64,000 bases of DNA from Podarcis gaigeae (lineage: Eukaryota). The notes under the pieces are model-generated. The model had not been told where the DNA came from, did not search any database, and saw nothing but the letters and a program-made list of their open reading frames with translations. Of the stretch, positions 1 through 11,276 are shown in pieces; positions within the stretch are counted from its first letter, which is position 1; each line of letters opens with the position of its first letter. The DNA is taken from assembly GCA_964106915.2 (NCBI GenBank), contig OZ066928.1; one strand, 5' to 3'. The position numbers were made by a program, and so were the translations under genes.

Positions 1-566
1 GTCTAGGGTGTAACTTCCACATTTTTCAAACCTGTAACTCTTCCCTCTTTTTCTACCTAGTCTCTCTCCCCAAACTCAGGAAGTTGATTAGGATTGCCCT
101 TCTGGAAGAGGATATTGTGTCACAGCTGGAGAACTAAGCTGAGTCACCAGTTGGAATGCAGGTAAAAACTTCATTCATACAAATGATGAGATGGTTAAAA
201 CTCTTGGTACCCCTTCAGACTACAAGTGAGGATTACATGGTTCAATGTATTTTCATACTGAAAGCTTCCCCACACATAGAAAGCTAGCACAACAGTGAGA
301 GTGTTCAGCTATAACTCTTCCCCCTGACATCTAGTTTTATATATGCAAAATTCTGATTTTATTTATTAGTACAGAGGGATTAGGAAAGTATTGAGTTAGA
401 AGGGATTTCAAAGGTCACCTAGTCTAGTCCCCTTCATGCCAATGCAGTAAATCCACTGCTACACCATTCTTGATAGGTGGCTGTTTTCTGTTTAGTAACC
501 TCTAAAGACAAGTTTACTTCCTTCCTAGGGAGTCTGTTCCACAGAACCATTTTGCTTCATTTATAT

Positions 567-645
567 AATAATAATAATTTATTATTTATACCCCGCCCAT
601 CTGGCTGGGTTTCCCCAGCCACTCTGGGCGGCTTCCAATAAAACA
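567..645 (-). mobile_element. L2-type LINE 3' tail fragment
   Basis: ataccccgcccatctggctgggtttccccagccactctgggcggcttcc with (TAA)n. The same tail recurs at ~32100, ~38850 and ~42600. Confidence 0.7.
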
Positions 646-764
646 CCAGAATACAATAACCTATATGACATCCCTTAAGATATTTGAAGATGCCTGTCCT
701 CCAGATTTAAGCCCAACTCACAGAACATGGTTTGCAGACCCCTCACCATCTTTGGGAGGAGATG

Positions 765-880
765 CCATGGCTCAGTGGCAGAGCATACACTTTGCATGCA
801 GAAGGTTCCCCTTTCACCCTCTGGCATTTCCAAGTACGTCTGGGATTGCCCCCATCTGAAAGCCTGGAGAGCTGCCAATG
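765..880 (+). mobile_element. Degenerate tRNA-derived SINE
   Basis: A-box TGGCTCAGTGG and a tRNA-like head. Related copies at ~13190, ~22200 (minus) and ~57500. Confidence 0.55.
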
Positions 881-1558
881 ATAAGATTTGGTAGAAGGCA
901 GGTTTCCTGTGTTGCTGTATTGCTCTCTGTTCCAGATTATCACTATGCTGCAAAGTCCAGAGCTAGATGCAGCACTCCAGGTGAGGTGAATTTCTTCAGA
1001 GTGGAAGAAATTATTACAATCTACATATATTTTTGCTGGTGCATTAGCCCCTTTTTTAGCCTCTGCATTCTGCTATTAACTCACATTTCACCTTGTGTTC
1101 TGTTAGAAATTTCAGGAACTTTTCGTGTGTTCCTGCATATGCAAGCCCCTACCTGCAGTCTGAAGCGTGAAACAGTTGTATCAACAGTTTTTACAATCTC
1201 ATCTGTTGTTTGTGTGAATGAGATTAGAGGTTCTAACCACTGATACCCTGTTGATCCTCTCTTTTGCTTCTTCATTCTCACAGCTGACTTAAATAATGAA
1301 ACCAGGTCTGGGGAACTGGTAGCCCTCCAGATGCTGTTGGACTCCAGCTCCCATCATCCTCAGCCAGAATGAGCAATAAGGGTGATGGGAGTTGTAGTCC
1401 AGCAACATGTGGAGGGCACCAGGCTAGAGAAGACTCTCAGTCAAATTTAATATGTCAGCAGCTTTTTGACTAAAGTAGATTTAAGTCTGTACTGTTGAAT
1501 ATACAGCTTACAAAGTAAATACATACAAATAAATAGAAGACAGGAAAATATAACTTGC

Positions 1559-1599
1559 CTGGCTTAATCTTTTTAAAAGTTCTGTTCCAATGCCCCAAC
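1559..1599 (-). CDS. SATL1: SAT1-like exon 5 (GWGIGTELLKRLSQ), acetyl-CoA-binding motif
   Basis: 41 nt, matches SAT1 GFGIGSEILKNLSQ. The donor is non-canonical, CAG|GCAAGT. Confidence 0.88.
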
Positions 1600-1914
1600 C
1601 TGCCAAAACAAAGTTCAGAAAAACCTCAGATGACAAAACTTGCAACATAGCCATGTGAAAAATTTGCCTGCTTTGACAATATGCTATTTTATCTTCTTTG
1701 CCATGAGCCATGAACAAAATAGGAACATTTACAGGTAAAATCTAATGCATTATCCTATACACATACAAAAAAAATAATTTCTTTGAAATTGCAAAGAAGC
1801 CTGTACATTTATCATTATTTTAGGAAAGAAAAGGAAATGGAACTGCAAGGCTAGCCTCCTTCCACCTGGTGCCCTACAAATTTTGTTGGACTCCCAAGTC
1901 CTATCAGCCCCAAC

Positions 1915-2320
1915 TAAGGATGGGTGAATCTATCAATTTGGGTTTTTCATTTTTTCACACTCAAATGCAGTTCTCCACACTGGCACATCACTTCACTTAA
2001 AAAAAAAAATTCTCATGAGAACTTAGTGATATTTTATTGTGCATTTTCCCTCATATATATATATACACAACTTTGCAATCTTCTCTAGCATATAGCTTTG
2101 CATTTTGTATGCTATTTTTACTAATATATGCATTTTTGTGCCCAGTTTATGCATTTTTCCACACATTACATGGCTTGGGAACTGTAGTGCAAAATTGAGA
2201 GGAGTGTGAATCTCCAAGGAAAGCTTGTGGCATTTCAGTTTGTGTATTGTTACAGAAAATGTGAATTAGGAAGCTTTGCCTATAAATGTGAACTGAATCT
2301 AGTTTCTCCTCCATCCCTAG
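1915..2320. mobile_element. Old non-autonomous DNA transposon-like element
   Basis: Ends TAAGGATGG...CCATCCCTA form an imperfect TIR; a related internal sequence lies at ~2960-3110. Confidence 0.45.
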
Positions 2321-2610
2321 CCCCAGCTAGCAGAGCTGATGATCAATGATTTTGAGAGTTGTACTGTAGTCCAAAACATTGCAAGGCACCAGGTTACTGA
2401 TGGTTGTTCAATGTAGAATGTAAATATTTATTCAAGGTGTTTACCTATACTGCCCCACAAAGCTGGCTCCATAGAATTATTAACAATAAGCATTAGTAAC
2501 AATTAGACAATAAAACAAGGCAAAATGAGAAATAACTCAATATTGAAATCCTATTCTCCCCTTTCCTCAGGACAAAATGGTTCTTCAGAAGCCACCATGG
2601 TTAGTGGCAG

Positions 2611-2772
2611 TTAAAAGGGAACCCTGACCATTAGGTCCAGTCGTGGCCAACTCTGGGGTTGCTGCGCTCATCTCGCTTTATTGGCCAAGGGAGCCGGCGT
2701 ACAGCTTCCAGGTCATGTGGCCAGCATGACTAAGCCGCTTCTGGCGAACTAGAGCAGCGCACGGAAATGCCG
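2611..2772 (-). mobile_element. Sauria SINE, 3' half
   Basis: Reverse complement of the 3' part of the copy at 17412-17761. Confidence 0.8.
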
Positions 2773-3313
2773 GGCAGTCTTAAATTCAGTTATTCACATT
2801 CCAAATCAGTGCAAAACTCCCAGTATAAACAATTTTGCAAAGCAATTTCCCTTACATGATTCATTTTTCACTAAGCAAGCCTGGACAGTGTATATGGTCT
2901 TGATGGTCCAAAGGAACGGAAAGCAATATGTTTGGCACCAGCTTGGTGCAGGGGTTAGGTGCATTTTATGCACATTTCACCCTGGTATATGCAATTTTGA
3001 ACACTTTCCTTGGTTGGAGAACTGCATCGCAAATTTCAAAGGATGACTGTTTCAGTTTGCATTTTGTTTTGGAAAGTGCAAATTAGGTATGTTTCCCTTT
3101 AAATGCAAACTGCCTTGCCCAACTGGCTGGGGCTGATGGGAGCTAGGAATCCAAGAATATATTGGGGGCCACAGTTTCCCTAACCCAGTTTTAGGCTTTA
3201 GCGCTAAGTGATGAGGACTTTATCTCCGGGGTCTTCCCAATCTCAGCCCAACTACCTAACCACAGCTCCACACTGCCTCTCACTTTATTATGTGCAAACA
3301 GTATTAGTTTTAC

Positions 3314-3415
3314 CTCTATATTCATCCATAACGTAGAAGTCTTCTAAGTACAACAGCTTGCCAATCCAAGGGTCATAAGTATAGTAATACATAGCAAACC
3401 CTACAACGTCGGTAT
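3314..3415 (-). CDS. SATL1: SAT1-like exon 4 ([34 protein letters not shown])
   Basis: 102 nt with canonical AG/GT. Nearly identical to SAT1 [30 protein letters not shown]. Confidence 0.95.
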
Positions 3416-4538
3416 CTGGTGAGACACAAAACAGCTATTGTAAGGAAATAACCACTATTGTGTAAGGCTGTCAATCAGCTAGAGAATTATGAATTAGTTA
3501 ATCATCTTAGACTGTATCCAACTAATTTCTACTCAGAGTGCACACATTTGTTTTAGTTTAGTAATAATCATTAATTTCCACAGGTCTAACATTAGATACT
3601 ACACCTTCCTTCTAAATGATCACTTCAACATAAAAAGACCAGAATTTTACTGAATTTGGTAATGGCACCTTTTGTAAGAAGTATTAAATTTGCACTTTTG
3701 AAAAAAAATATTCTTTTGTCATGGCCTTCCAAAGGAGCCAGGGGAGCAAACAAAACCATATGTAGTTATTTTTTTAAGCAAATCAAATTTCCTCAATATA
3801 AAAGGGCTTACTGTTTAATACAACAAAAGGAAAGAGAACCACACTGCTATAAGGAAAAGCTACTTCAATGTTTTTTTAATTAAAAACATTTTCAGTAACA
3901 AAGCCAAAATAGTCCCACACCAACATAATGATGCAATTGTGCCTCAGAAGCCCCATTAGTAATTCTGTCTTCCCCCTGAGCATACAGAGATTTTCTCCTT
4001 TCCTTTGTTGTCAGTGGTCCCACTTTGCCACCAATTTATTACTTATTTATTTTATTTACATTTATATAACACATTTTTCTCCATGGAGCTCCTCCTCCCC
4101 ACCACCCCTATGAAGTAGTACTGGCCCAAGGTCACCCAGAGAGCTTAATAACTGAGTGGGAATTTGAACCAGGACTTGGTCTGACACCCTAACCACTATA
4201 CCACACTGGCTCCAATCCTCGCTGCACTCAGTACCTGAGTTGGCTATAAGAGCAGCAGAGGCTGGTCTGTTTGGGTAGGTGGGAGCATTGCCCCTCCAAC
4301 CTCTGTCTACCTTCCTCTAGCGTCCTCATGTCTACCTTCTTAACTGCAGCTAGACCAGGTTGTACCACTGCCTCTCAACTTCCCCCTCCTTAGTCCCATT
4401 GTTGCCCTTGTAGAACTCAGCAGCCAGGAGGATGGAGACATAGCAAATTTATTTCACTCTCTCTGTCATTGGCTCTGGCTCTACCTGTTGTTTACTCTGG
4501 TGCCACCTTCTGTTGGCCTCCCTGCCTTCCACCCTACC

Positions 4539-4707
4539 CAGTGGCATAGCGTGGGTTGTCAGCACCCGGGGCAAGGCAAGTAATTTGCACCTCCTAACCC
4601 GTGGATTTGTGCCCCCTAACCCGTGGATTTGCGCCCCCTAAACCTAACCCCCAGATGTTGCGCCCGGTGCGGCCGGCCCCCCCTGGACCCCCCACGCTAC
4701 GCCACTG
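4539..4707. mobile_element. hAT-type MITE
   Basis: TIR CAGTGGC(A/G)TAGCGTGGG and a perfect 8-bp TSD ACCCTACC. Confidence 0.85.
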
Positions 4708-4744
4708 ACCCTACCAGTCCCAATGGACACTAACCACCACTGTA

Positions 4745-4986
4745 CAGTGGTACCTCGGGTTACATATGCTTCAGGTTACATACGCTTCAGGTTACAGACT
4801 CCATTAACCCAGAAATAGTATATTGGGTTAAGAACTTTGCTTCAGGATGAGAACAGAAATCGCGCGGCGGCAGCACAGCAGCAGCGGGAGGCCCCATTAG
4901 CTAAAGTGGTACCTCAGGTTAAGAACAGTTTCAGCTTAAGAATGGACCTCCAGAACGAATTAAGTATGTAACCAGAGGTACCACTG
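4745..4986. mobile_element. Tc1/mariner (Tigger-like) MITE
   Basis: TIR CAGTGGTACCTC.GGTTACATA with a TA TSD. Confidence 0.85.
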
Positions 4987-5543
4987 TATTAGATGCAGTG
5001 ATATCATCTTGGTGGATGGAAAGAAAAATAAGAGCCTATATTGCACTTGTCCTTTCCCCCCTAGAGAGCATTTTAATAGCTCACACATAGGTAAGGATAG
5101 GGGAAACTGTGTGAGAGGTTAATTACCTCTCTCTCCCAGCACTACTGCGCTAAGCCAAATACCACCTCCCCAACCACTGACTAAGCTCTAAAAAAAAGGC
5201 CAGGATCAAAGGGTTCAATTTTAGGTTCATGTAAATATCTTAATATTCTTGGTGGGGGGGTGTTAATTTTGTTTTTGTTGCACAGTTGACCCATTCTCCC
5301 TCCCATCAGGATATGCCAAGAATTGCTTTTGAAATATTTATTAGCTTCAAAACACCATTTGCCATCCAGCAGGGTGGTATATACATCTGTGACTAACAGA
5401 ACACAAATCTAAAAGCCTCTTTTGGATTGTGAAGCTATTGCCAGACCTTTAATGTTTAGCTGATTTTTTTAAAAAGTTTTTTGAATTCTCCAAGCAATTA
5501 AAAGGATTGAGGCTGTCATCTTTTAGGACACACTATGTGATTG

Positions 5544-5803
5544 TGAAGCTGAGGCTCCAGTACTTTGGCCACCTCATGAGAAGAGAAGACTCCCTGGAGA
5601 AGACCCTGATGTTGGGAAAGATGGAGGGCACAAGGAGAAAGGGACGGCAGAGGACGAGATGGTTGGATAGTGTTTTCGAGGTTACCAGCATGAGTTTGAG
5701 CAAACTGCGGGAGGCAGTGGAGGACAGAGGTGCCTGGCGTTCTCTGGTCCATGGGGTCACGAAGAGTCGGACACGACTAAACGACTAAACAACAACAACA
5801 ACA
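5544..5803 (+). mobile_element. BovB (RTE) LINE 3' end
   Basis: KLRLQYFGHLMRREDSLEKTLMLGK...WRSLVHGVTKSRTRL followed by a (CAA)n tail. Confidence 0.92.
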
Positions 5804-7438
5804 TGTGCCTCTTGGTCAAATGGCAGGAGGTTCAACAACATGTGCTGAAACTGATTTAAAATTGCATAAAGTATTTTGAGGGAAGTAGCAATCCGTTGTT
5901 GACAAGCAATTCCAAAACAAAGTAGAATATTCTCCACACTTTAAATGTCAAGGAGTGCAAGTTACATGTTTTAGGTCCTGGATAACAGGGGGGTTCTTGT
6001 GGGGAGATATTTATTATTGCCTTTCATGTGAGTCTGCGATTTACAAACATAAAAATGAAAAACAGTTTCGAAAAGAATAGGAAAAATCCAACTAAATACA
6101 GGCTTGCAAACAATACAAAGTGAACATTTAAAGCAGAAACCTTTCTCTTGAAATGTAGAAGCTTGTCAAAGCAATAATGTCTTTTATTTTCCCCAAAAGT
6201 AAAGTGGGTCCACGATTTACCCTCAATTTACCTGCGCAATCAGAACCTCTGGCACACAGCTGAAAAATAGTTGGAGAGCAGGGGAAACCCACCACAGAAA
6301 GAGCCCTCCATTTTGATTATCTGACTCTGGGAACTTCCCAGCATAAAACCCACATAAGTGGTGGGCTCACTATATCCCAATAGGGATGCTGTTCCACAGA
6401 ACAGGAGCACTGGCAATGAAAACCCTGCTCTGAGTTGTTGGGTTAAGTTAGCTATATTGAATTGTATTCTGTCGGTGGGTTCATGCTGTTGCCTTGTTGG
6501 GCTGTGTATGTGATAAAGGGGAGCCATGCTGAAGTGAAGGCATCCTCTTCTATTTCTCCCCATGTCAGTTTCAGTCTACTGGTTAGCTTTTCTAGTAAGG
6601 CTGTTTCCCATACTACTTGATACCAGTGTTCCATCTTTATTCCAGACAGGTCCCTCCAGTGTCTGGCTATGTTGTTTCTGGCTGCTGAGAGTAGGTGGGA
6701 TATGAGCTCTTTATAGGGTAAGTGGGCATTGTTATCTTGGAAGATATTCAGTAGGGCGTGACTTCTAGTACCTGTTTAGTTATTTTGCTTATTTCTTGTA
6801 TGACTGTTGTCCAGAAGAGTTGGGTTTGGGGGCATTCCCATCACATGTGGAGGTATGAGCCTGTGGAGGTGCAGCCTTGCCAGCATTTTGGTGAGGTTCC
6901 TGGGTGTATCAGTGCCAGTTTCTGTGGTGTTGGGTACCATCTGTAAGTGAGTTTCAGAGTGAGTTCTTCTTGCTGATATGGATTTAAAGGGAGGTTTAGA
7001 CCACATTCTAGTCAATTGGGTGGGGTTAATTTCACAGCCTATGTCGTTTTTTGATTATGTGAAGAGGGTTTGTGGGGCTTTGGAGCAGTGTTTTGTATAC
7101 TGTAGATACCATCCCCTTGCTATGTCCCATTGTTGTTAGGAGAAGACTTTTGAAGGTGGTCAAGAGCCTAGTGGCTGCTGGTTTTACTGCTGGGTTGTTT
7201 AAGGTGTGTAGTTGGTGGTGTGTTAGCCAGGATATTTATTTTGTATTTCTTGTGTCAATATGGGTTTGTTATTTTTGTAGAAGTCTGCTATGTGATATAG
7301 GCCTTTGGCTTGCCAGCTTTTTATCTGGAGATTTTGTCCTGCATGGTGGAATAGTAGGTGGTAAGCCAGGGGGATTAGTGGGCATGGGGTTGGGGACAGT
7401 TTGCCAACTTCTTCTTTCTGTGTAAACATGGTCTGTGT

Positions 7439-7574
7439 CAGGCTTCCTCAAACTCGGTCCTCCAGATGTTTTGAGACTACAATTCCCATCATCCCTGACC
7501 ACTGGTCCTGCTAGCTAGGGATCATGGAAGTTGTAGGCCAAAAACATCTGGAGGGTTGAGTTTGAGGAAGCCTG
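7439..7574. mobile_element. hAT-type MITE inserted in the L1
   Basis: TIR CAGGCTTCCTCAAACTC and an 8-bp TSD GTCTGTGT. Confidence 0.88.
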
Positions 7575-7647
7575 GTCTGTGTGAACCTGTTTAGTGTGGT
7601 GGGGATTTTCCTTAGTTTGTTTTGGAGGAATGTATATGCTGGGGTAG

Positions 7648-8010
7648 GGATGTGGGTGGCGCTGTGGGTAAAACCTCAGCACCTAGGGCTTGCCGATCGC
7701 ATGGTAGGCGGTTTGAATCCCCACAGTGGGGTGAGCTCCTGTCTTTCGGTCCCAGCTCCTGCTCACCTAGCAGTTTGAAAGCACTCCTAAGTGCAAGTAG
7801 ATAAATAGGTACCGCTTTATAGCGGGAAGGTAAACGGTGTTTCCGTGTGCTGCGCTGGTGCTGGCTCGCGAGAGCAGCTTCATCACGCTGGCCACGTGAC
7901 CCGGAAGTGTCTCCAGACAGCGCTGGCCCTCGGCCTCTTAAGTGAGATGGGCGCACAACCCTAGAGTCGGACACGACTGGCCCGTATGGGCAGGGGTACC
8001 TTTACCTTTA
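7648..8010 (+). mobile_element. Sauria SINE, full length, inserted in the L1
   Basis: Pol III A/B boxes, a BovB-like GAGTCGGACACGACT and an (ACCTTT)n tail. Confidence 0.9.
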
Positions 8011-9316
8011 TATAAAGGTAAAGGTACCCCTGCCCATACGGGCCAGTCATGGGAGTGTTTTCGATTATGTCTCTCTCCAAGTGTACCCATTGTTTCTTCT
8101 CATCTTCTAGAATGTATGGGATTATATGGTTGGCGATGTAGTATAGTTCTATGTTGGAGATTCCCCATGCTCCTTCTGAGGTGGGGAGGTGCAGGTGTTT
8201 GGGGCTTATTCTTGGCTTTTTGTGTGAGAAGATAAACAAGTGTTGTTTCTTCTGCCATTTGTGGAGTTGGGTTGGTGGAATCCAGATTGGAAGGGTTTGG
8301 AATAGGTAGGTTAATTTTGGAAGGGTAATCATTATGATCACGGCTATTATATCTGAGAGAGTGAAGTTAGTATTGCTCCATCTCATCAGGTCTTTGTTAA
8401 TTTGTCACCATAGGGGTTTGTAATTTGGTGGTACAGTTTTTTGTGTTTTCTGGTTATCTGTACCCCTAAGTATCTGAACTTGGTGCGGCAGACTTTTATC
8501 TTTGTGATGTTGGTGAACTCTTTTTGGATATGGAGGGAGTGTTGAAGTACATAGCCTCAGATTTTGCAAAGTTTAACCCGATACCATTGCAAATGTGCTG
8601 AGTTCTTTGGTTAAGGTGGTTGCTGTGTTGATGGGGTCTGGTGTTGTGACCATTAGGTCATCTGAAAGAGCCCTAATTTATAGGTTTTGTCTTTATTTCC
8701 ACTGCCTTGATGTCGGGCTGCCCAGATTCGGATTGCTAGAGGTTCCAGGGCCAAGATGAATAGGAAGGGGGGCAGTGGGCATCCTTGTTTCATGCACAAT
8801 GTACTACAATGTACACCCCTTATAGGTGGAGCAATGGATGCCAAAAATGACCTAAGTTAGTTTCTACAGACAAACACACTTTTTGATCCAGGCAGGCAGG
8901 CAAGAGGAACTCAATGCTACATTCCCTCAAGGAGGGGTACAGCTAGGGTGGGATTTGCTATGGTGAGAGTACCAAAGTTCAGATAGGGAGGCTTAGAAGG
9001 TTGCAGTTGAACTGGGAGCCTCAGCATTGCCAGTGATGAGGCTCTCCAAATGTCATTGGACCCCTCACCCACATCAAGCCCATTCAGCATATCCAGAAGT
9101 GATCAAGTTATAGTCCAGCAACTTCTGGAGGCCCACAGGTTCCCCACCCCAACCCACCTAGACCCTATTATCTTCAGAGGTCCTTCTCTGCATAACCCCA
9201 CCAGATGCAGTCCAGTGGGTAGCTTATTGAGGTGGAGCATTTTCAGTGTTGGCACTCATTCTATGGGATACCTAGTTATACAAATAAATGATAACTTTGT
9301 TTTCTTGAAAGCTTAC

Positions 9317-9397
9317 CCTGCATTGCATCATCCTTATTTGCTTCTGCTATTAAACACTGGAAGAAAGGACGTGATCCGAAACCATCTCGAAGCAAAT
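9317..9397 (-). CDS. SATL1: SAT1-like exon 3 (DLLRDGFGSRPFFQCLIAEANKDDAMQ)
   Basis: 81 nt, phase 1/1, donor G|GTAAGC. Matches SAT1 DLLEDGFGEHPFYHCLVAE. Confidence 0.92.
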
Positions 9398-9599
9398 CTG
9401 AAATGTTTAGATAGTTGAATAAAGCACTAAAATATAGTCCCAAGATAAAAGAAGATTCATAATAGTAGTACTAAGTAGTAGTACTTACTAGTACTAAGTA
9501 GTAGTAGTAGTAGGGTGGAGTGGAGTGCGAGGGAGGGAGGGAGGGAGGGAGGGTTAGGGTTTGTTGTTGGTTTGGCCTTGTTCTTGTTTTTATTATGTA

Positions 9600-9849
9600 C
9601 CGTATTTTTTGCTCTAAAAGACTCACTTTTTCCCTCCTAAAAAGTAAGGGGAAATGTGTGTGCGTCTTATGGAGCGAATGCAGGCTGCACAGCTATCCCA
9701 GAAGCCAGAACATCAAGAGGGATGGCTGCTTTCACTGCGCAGTGATCCCTCTTGTTGTTCTGGCTTCTGAGATTCAGAATATTTTTTTTTCTTGTTTTCC
9801 TCCTCCAAAAACTCTTGTGGTCTGGTGCGTCTTAGAGTGGAAAATATGG
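9600..9849. mobile_element. pogo/Tc2-like MITE
   Basis: TA-flanked CCGTATTTT...AAAATATGG termini; same family as 20709-21229. Confidence 0.75.
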
Positions 9850-10455
9850 TATTGGGGGGGGGGTTATCTTGTATTTTTATGTTGCAAATCGCCCCAGGAG
9901 CTACAGATGAATGGCAGTATACAAATTTAATAAATAATAAAAATGAATAATGTTGCCACCAGCATCTTCTCAAAGTAGAATTCTGGGTGGGTGTGGGAAA
10001 GCAGCCATGATGGACTGGAGGGTGTGAAATCAGAGGTTCACCCAAACAAAATTGTATTGTTGGGGCTCTTTTCTTTGGACAGCAACATGTGAATTGTGTT
10101 GGCAAAAAAGATCAAAGGCCAAAACAGGCATCTTCACAAAAATGCAGATCTGATGCAAGGCCAGACCACATGAACACCAGCCTTTTTGCTAAATCTGTTG
10201 GAACAGGGGTAGGTAGGTGCTGGTGGGTTTAAAATCCCTGCGTGTAAATAACCGGCATGTTAGGGAGATGTTAGACTAGTCTAATCTTAGCCAACCATAG
10301 CGTCCTCCAAACATCTTGGAGTCCAAACCATTCAGAAGGTGTCAGGTCATTCGAGCTAGAACCATCTTCCCTCACATTAGTTTTCTGTGAGCCAAATTAC
10401 ACTTGAAATGTGGATTTGCACAATGTGCAAGATTTCTTTCAACCCCAATGCAAAT

Positions 10456-10459
<4 letters not shown>

Positions 10460-10495
<36 letters not shown>
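10460..10495. repeat. (GT)n microsatellite
   Basis: Read directly from the sequence. Confidence 0.95.
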
Positions 10496-10497
<2 letters not shown>

Positions 10498-10851
10498 GAA
10501 AGACGATCAAATCAGGACCATAGCAAGGATGGAAACTGGTTCAATTCCATCTCAGTTCTTGCTCTGATCCTAAAATTACCACCAGCATCCTGCCACCAGG
10601 TGATGCAAGTTGTATATAAAAATAAAGACGTCTGCCTTGAGGAGAGGTAGAAGTGAGGGAGCCCAGGCCATCAGTTGGCATAAGAGGATGTCAGTCTCCA
10701 CCTTATATAATGTATTTGTTTTAGTGTTTTAAAATTGTAAACTGTGTGGTTCTTCACCTGAGGGACAGGGCCGAGGCGAGGACTTGATCGCATGTTACGC
10801 TCTGAAGAAGGCCTGGAGGTCAAATAAATAGCAGCTTCCTAAATTTAACAC

Positions 10852-11195
10852 AGGGATGCGGGTGGCGCTGTGGGTAAAACCTTAGCGCCTAGGGCTTGCC
10901 GATCGCATGGTCAGTGAGCTCCCGCCTTCGGTCCCAGCTCCTGCCCACCTAGCAGTTTGAAAGCACCCTTAAGTGCAAGTAGATAAATAGGTACCGCTTT
11001 ATAGCGGGAAGGTAAACGGCGTTTCCGTGTGCTGCACTGGTGCCGGCTCACCAGAGCAGCTTCGTCACGCTGGCCACGTGACCCGGAAGTGTCTCCGGAC
11101 AGCGCTGGCCCCCAGCCTCTTAAGTGAGATGGGCGCACAACCCCATCGGACACGACTGGCCCGTACGGGCAGGGGTACCTTTACCTTTTACCTTT
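10852..11195 (+). mobile_element. Sauria SINE with TSD
   Basis: Near-identical to the 7648 copy and flanked by a TAAATTTAACAC duplication. It ends about 30 nt from the exon 2 donor of the SAT gene. Confidence 0.9.
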
Positions 11196-11224
11196 AAATT
11201 TAACACGCTAGGCATCTACGTTAC

Positions 11225-11276
11225 CTGTTTCTGTTACTTTTACTGCATTAGGCATGTTTTCATAAGCAGCTAGTTC
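11225..11276 (-). CDS. SATL1: SAT1-like exon 2 (ELAAYENMPNAVKVTET)
   Basis: 52 nt, CAG acceptor, G|GTAACG donor. Matches SAT1 ELAKYEYMEEQVILTEK. Confidence 0.9.

Larger units (their letters stand above)
6560..8790 (-). mobile_element. Degenerate L1/Tx1-like LINE ORF2 fragment with nested insertions
   Basis: RT-region peptides QGCPL..LFILALEPLAIRI, FRYLG and LPKLTYLFQTLPIWIP, broken by frameshifts. Confidence 0.8.

Noticed and set aside
1-1550. Searched for the last SAT-like exon (the WNEPSINFY-type region)
   Set aside because: Not found. The WNRLP-like peptide near 500-550 belongs to a CR1 tail, so the exon is presumably left of the window.
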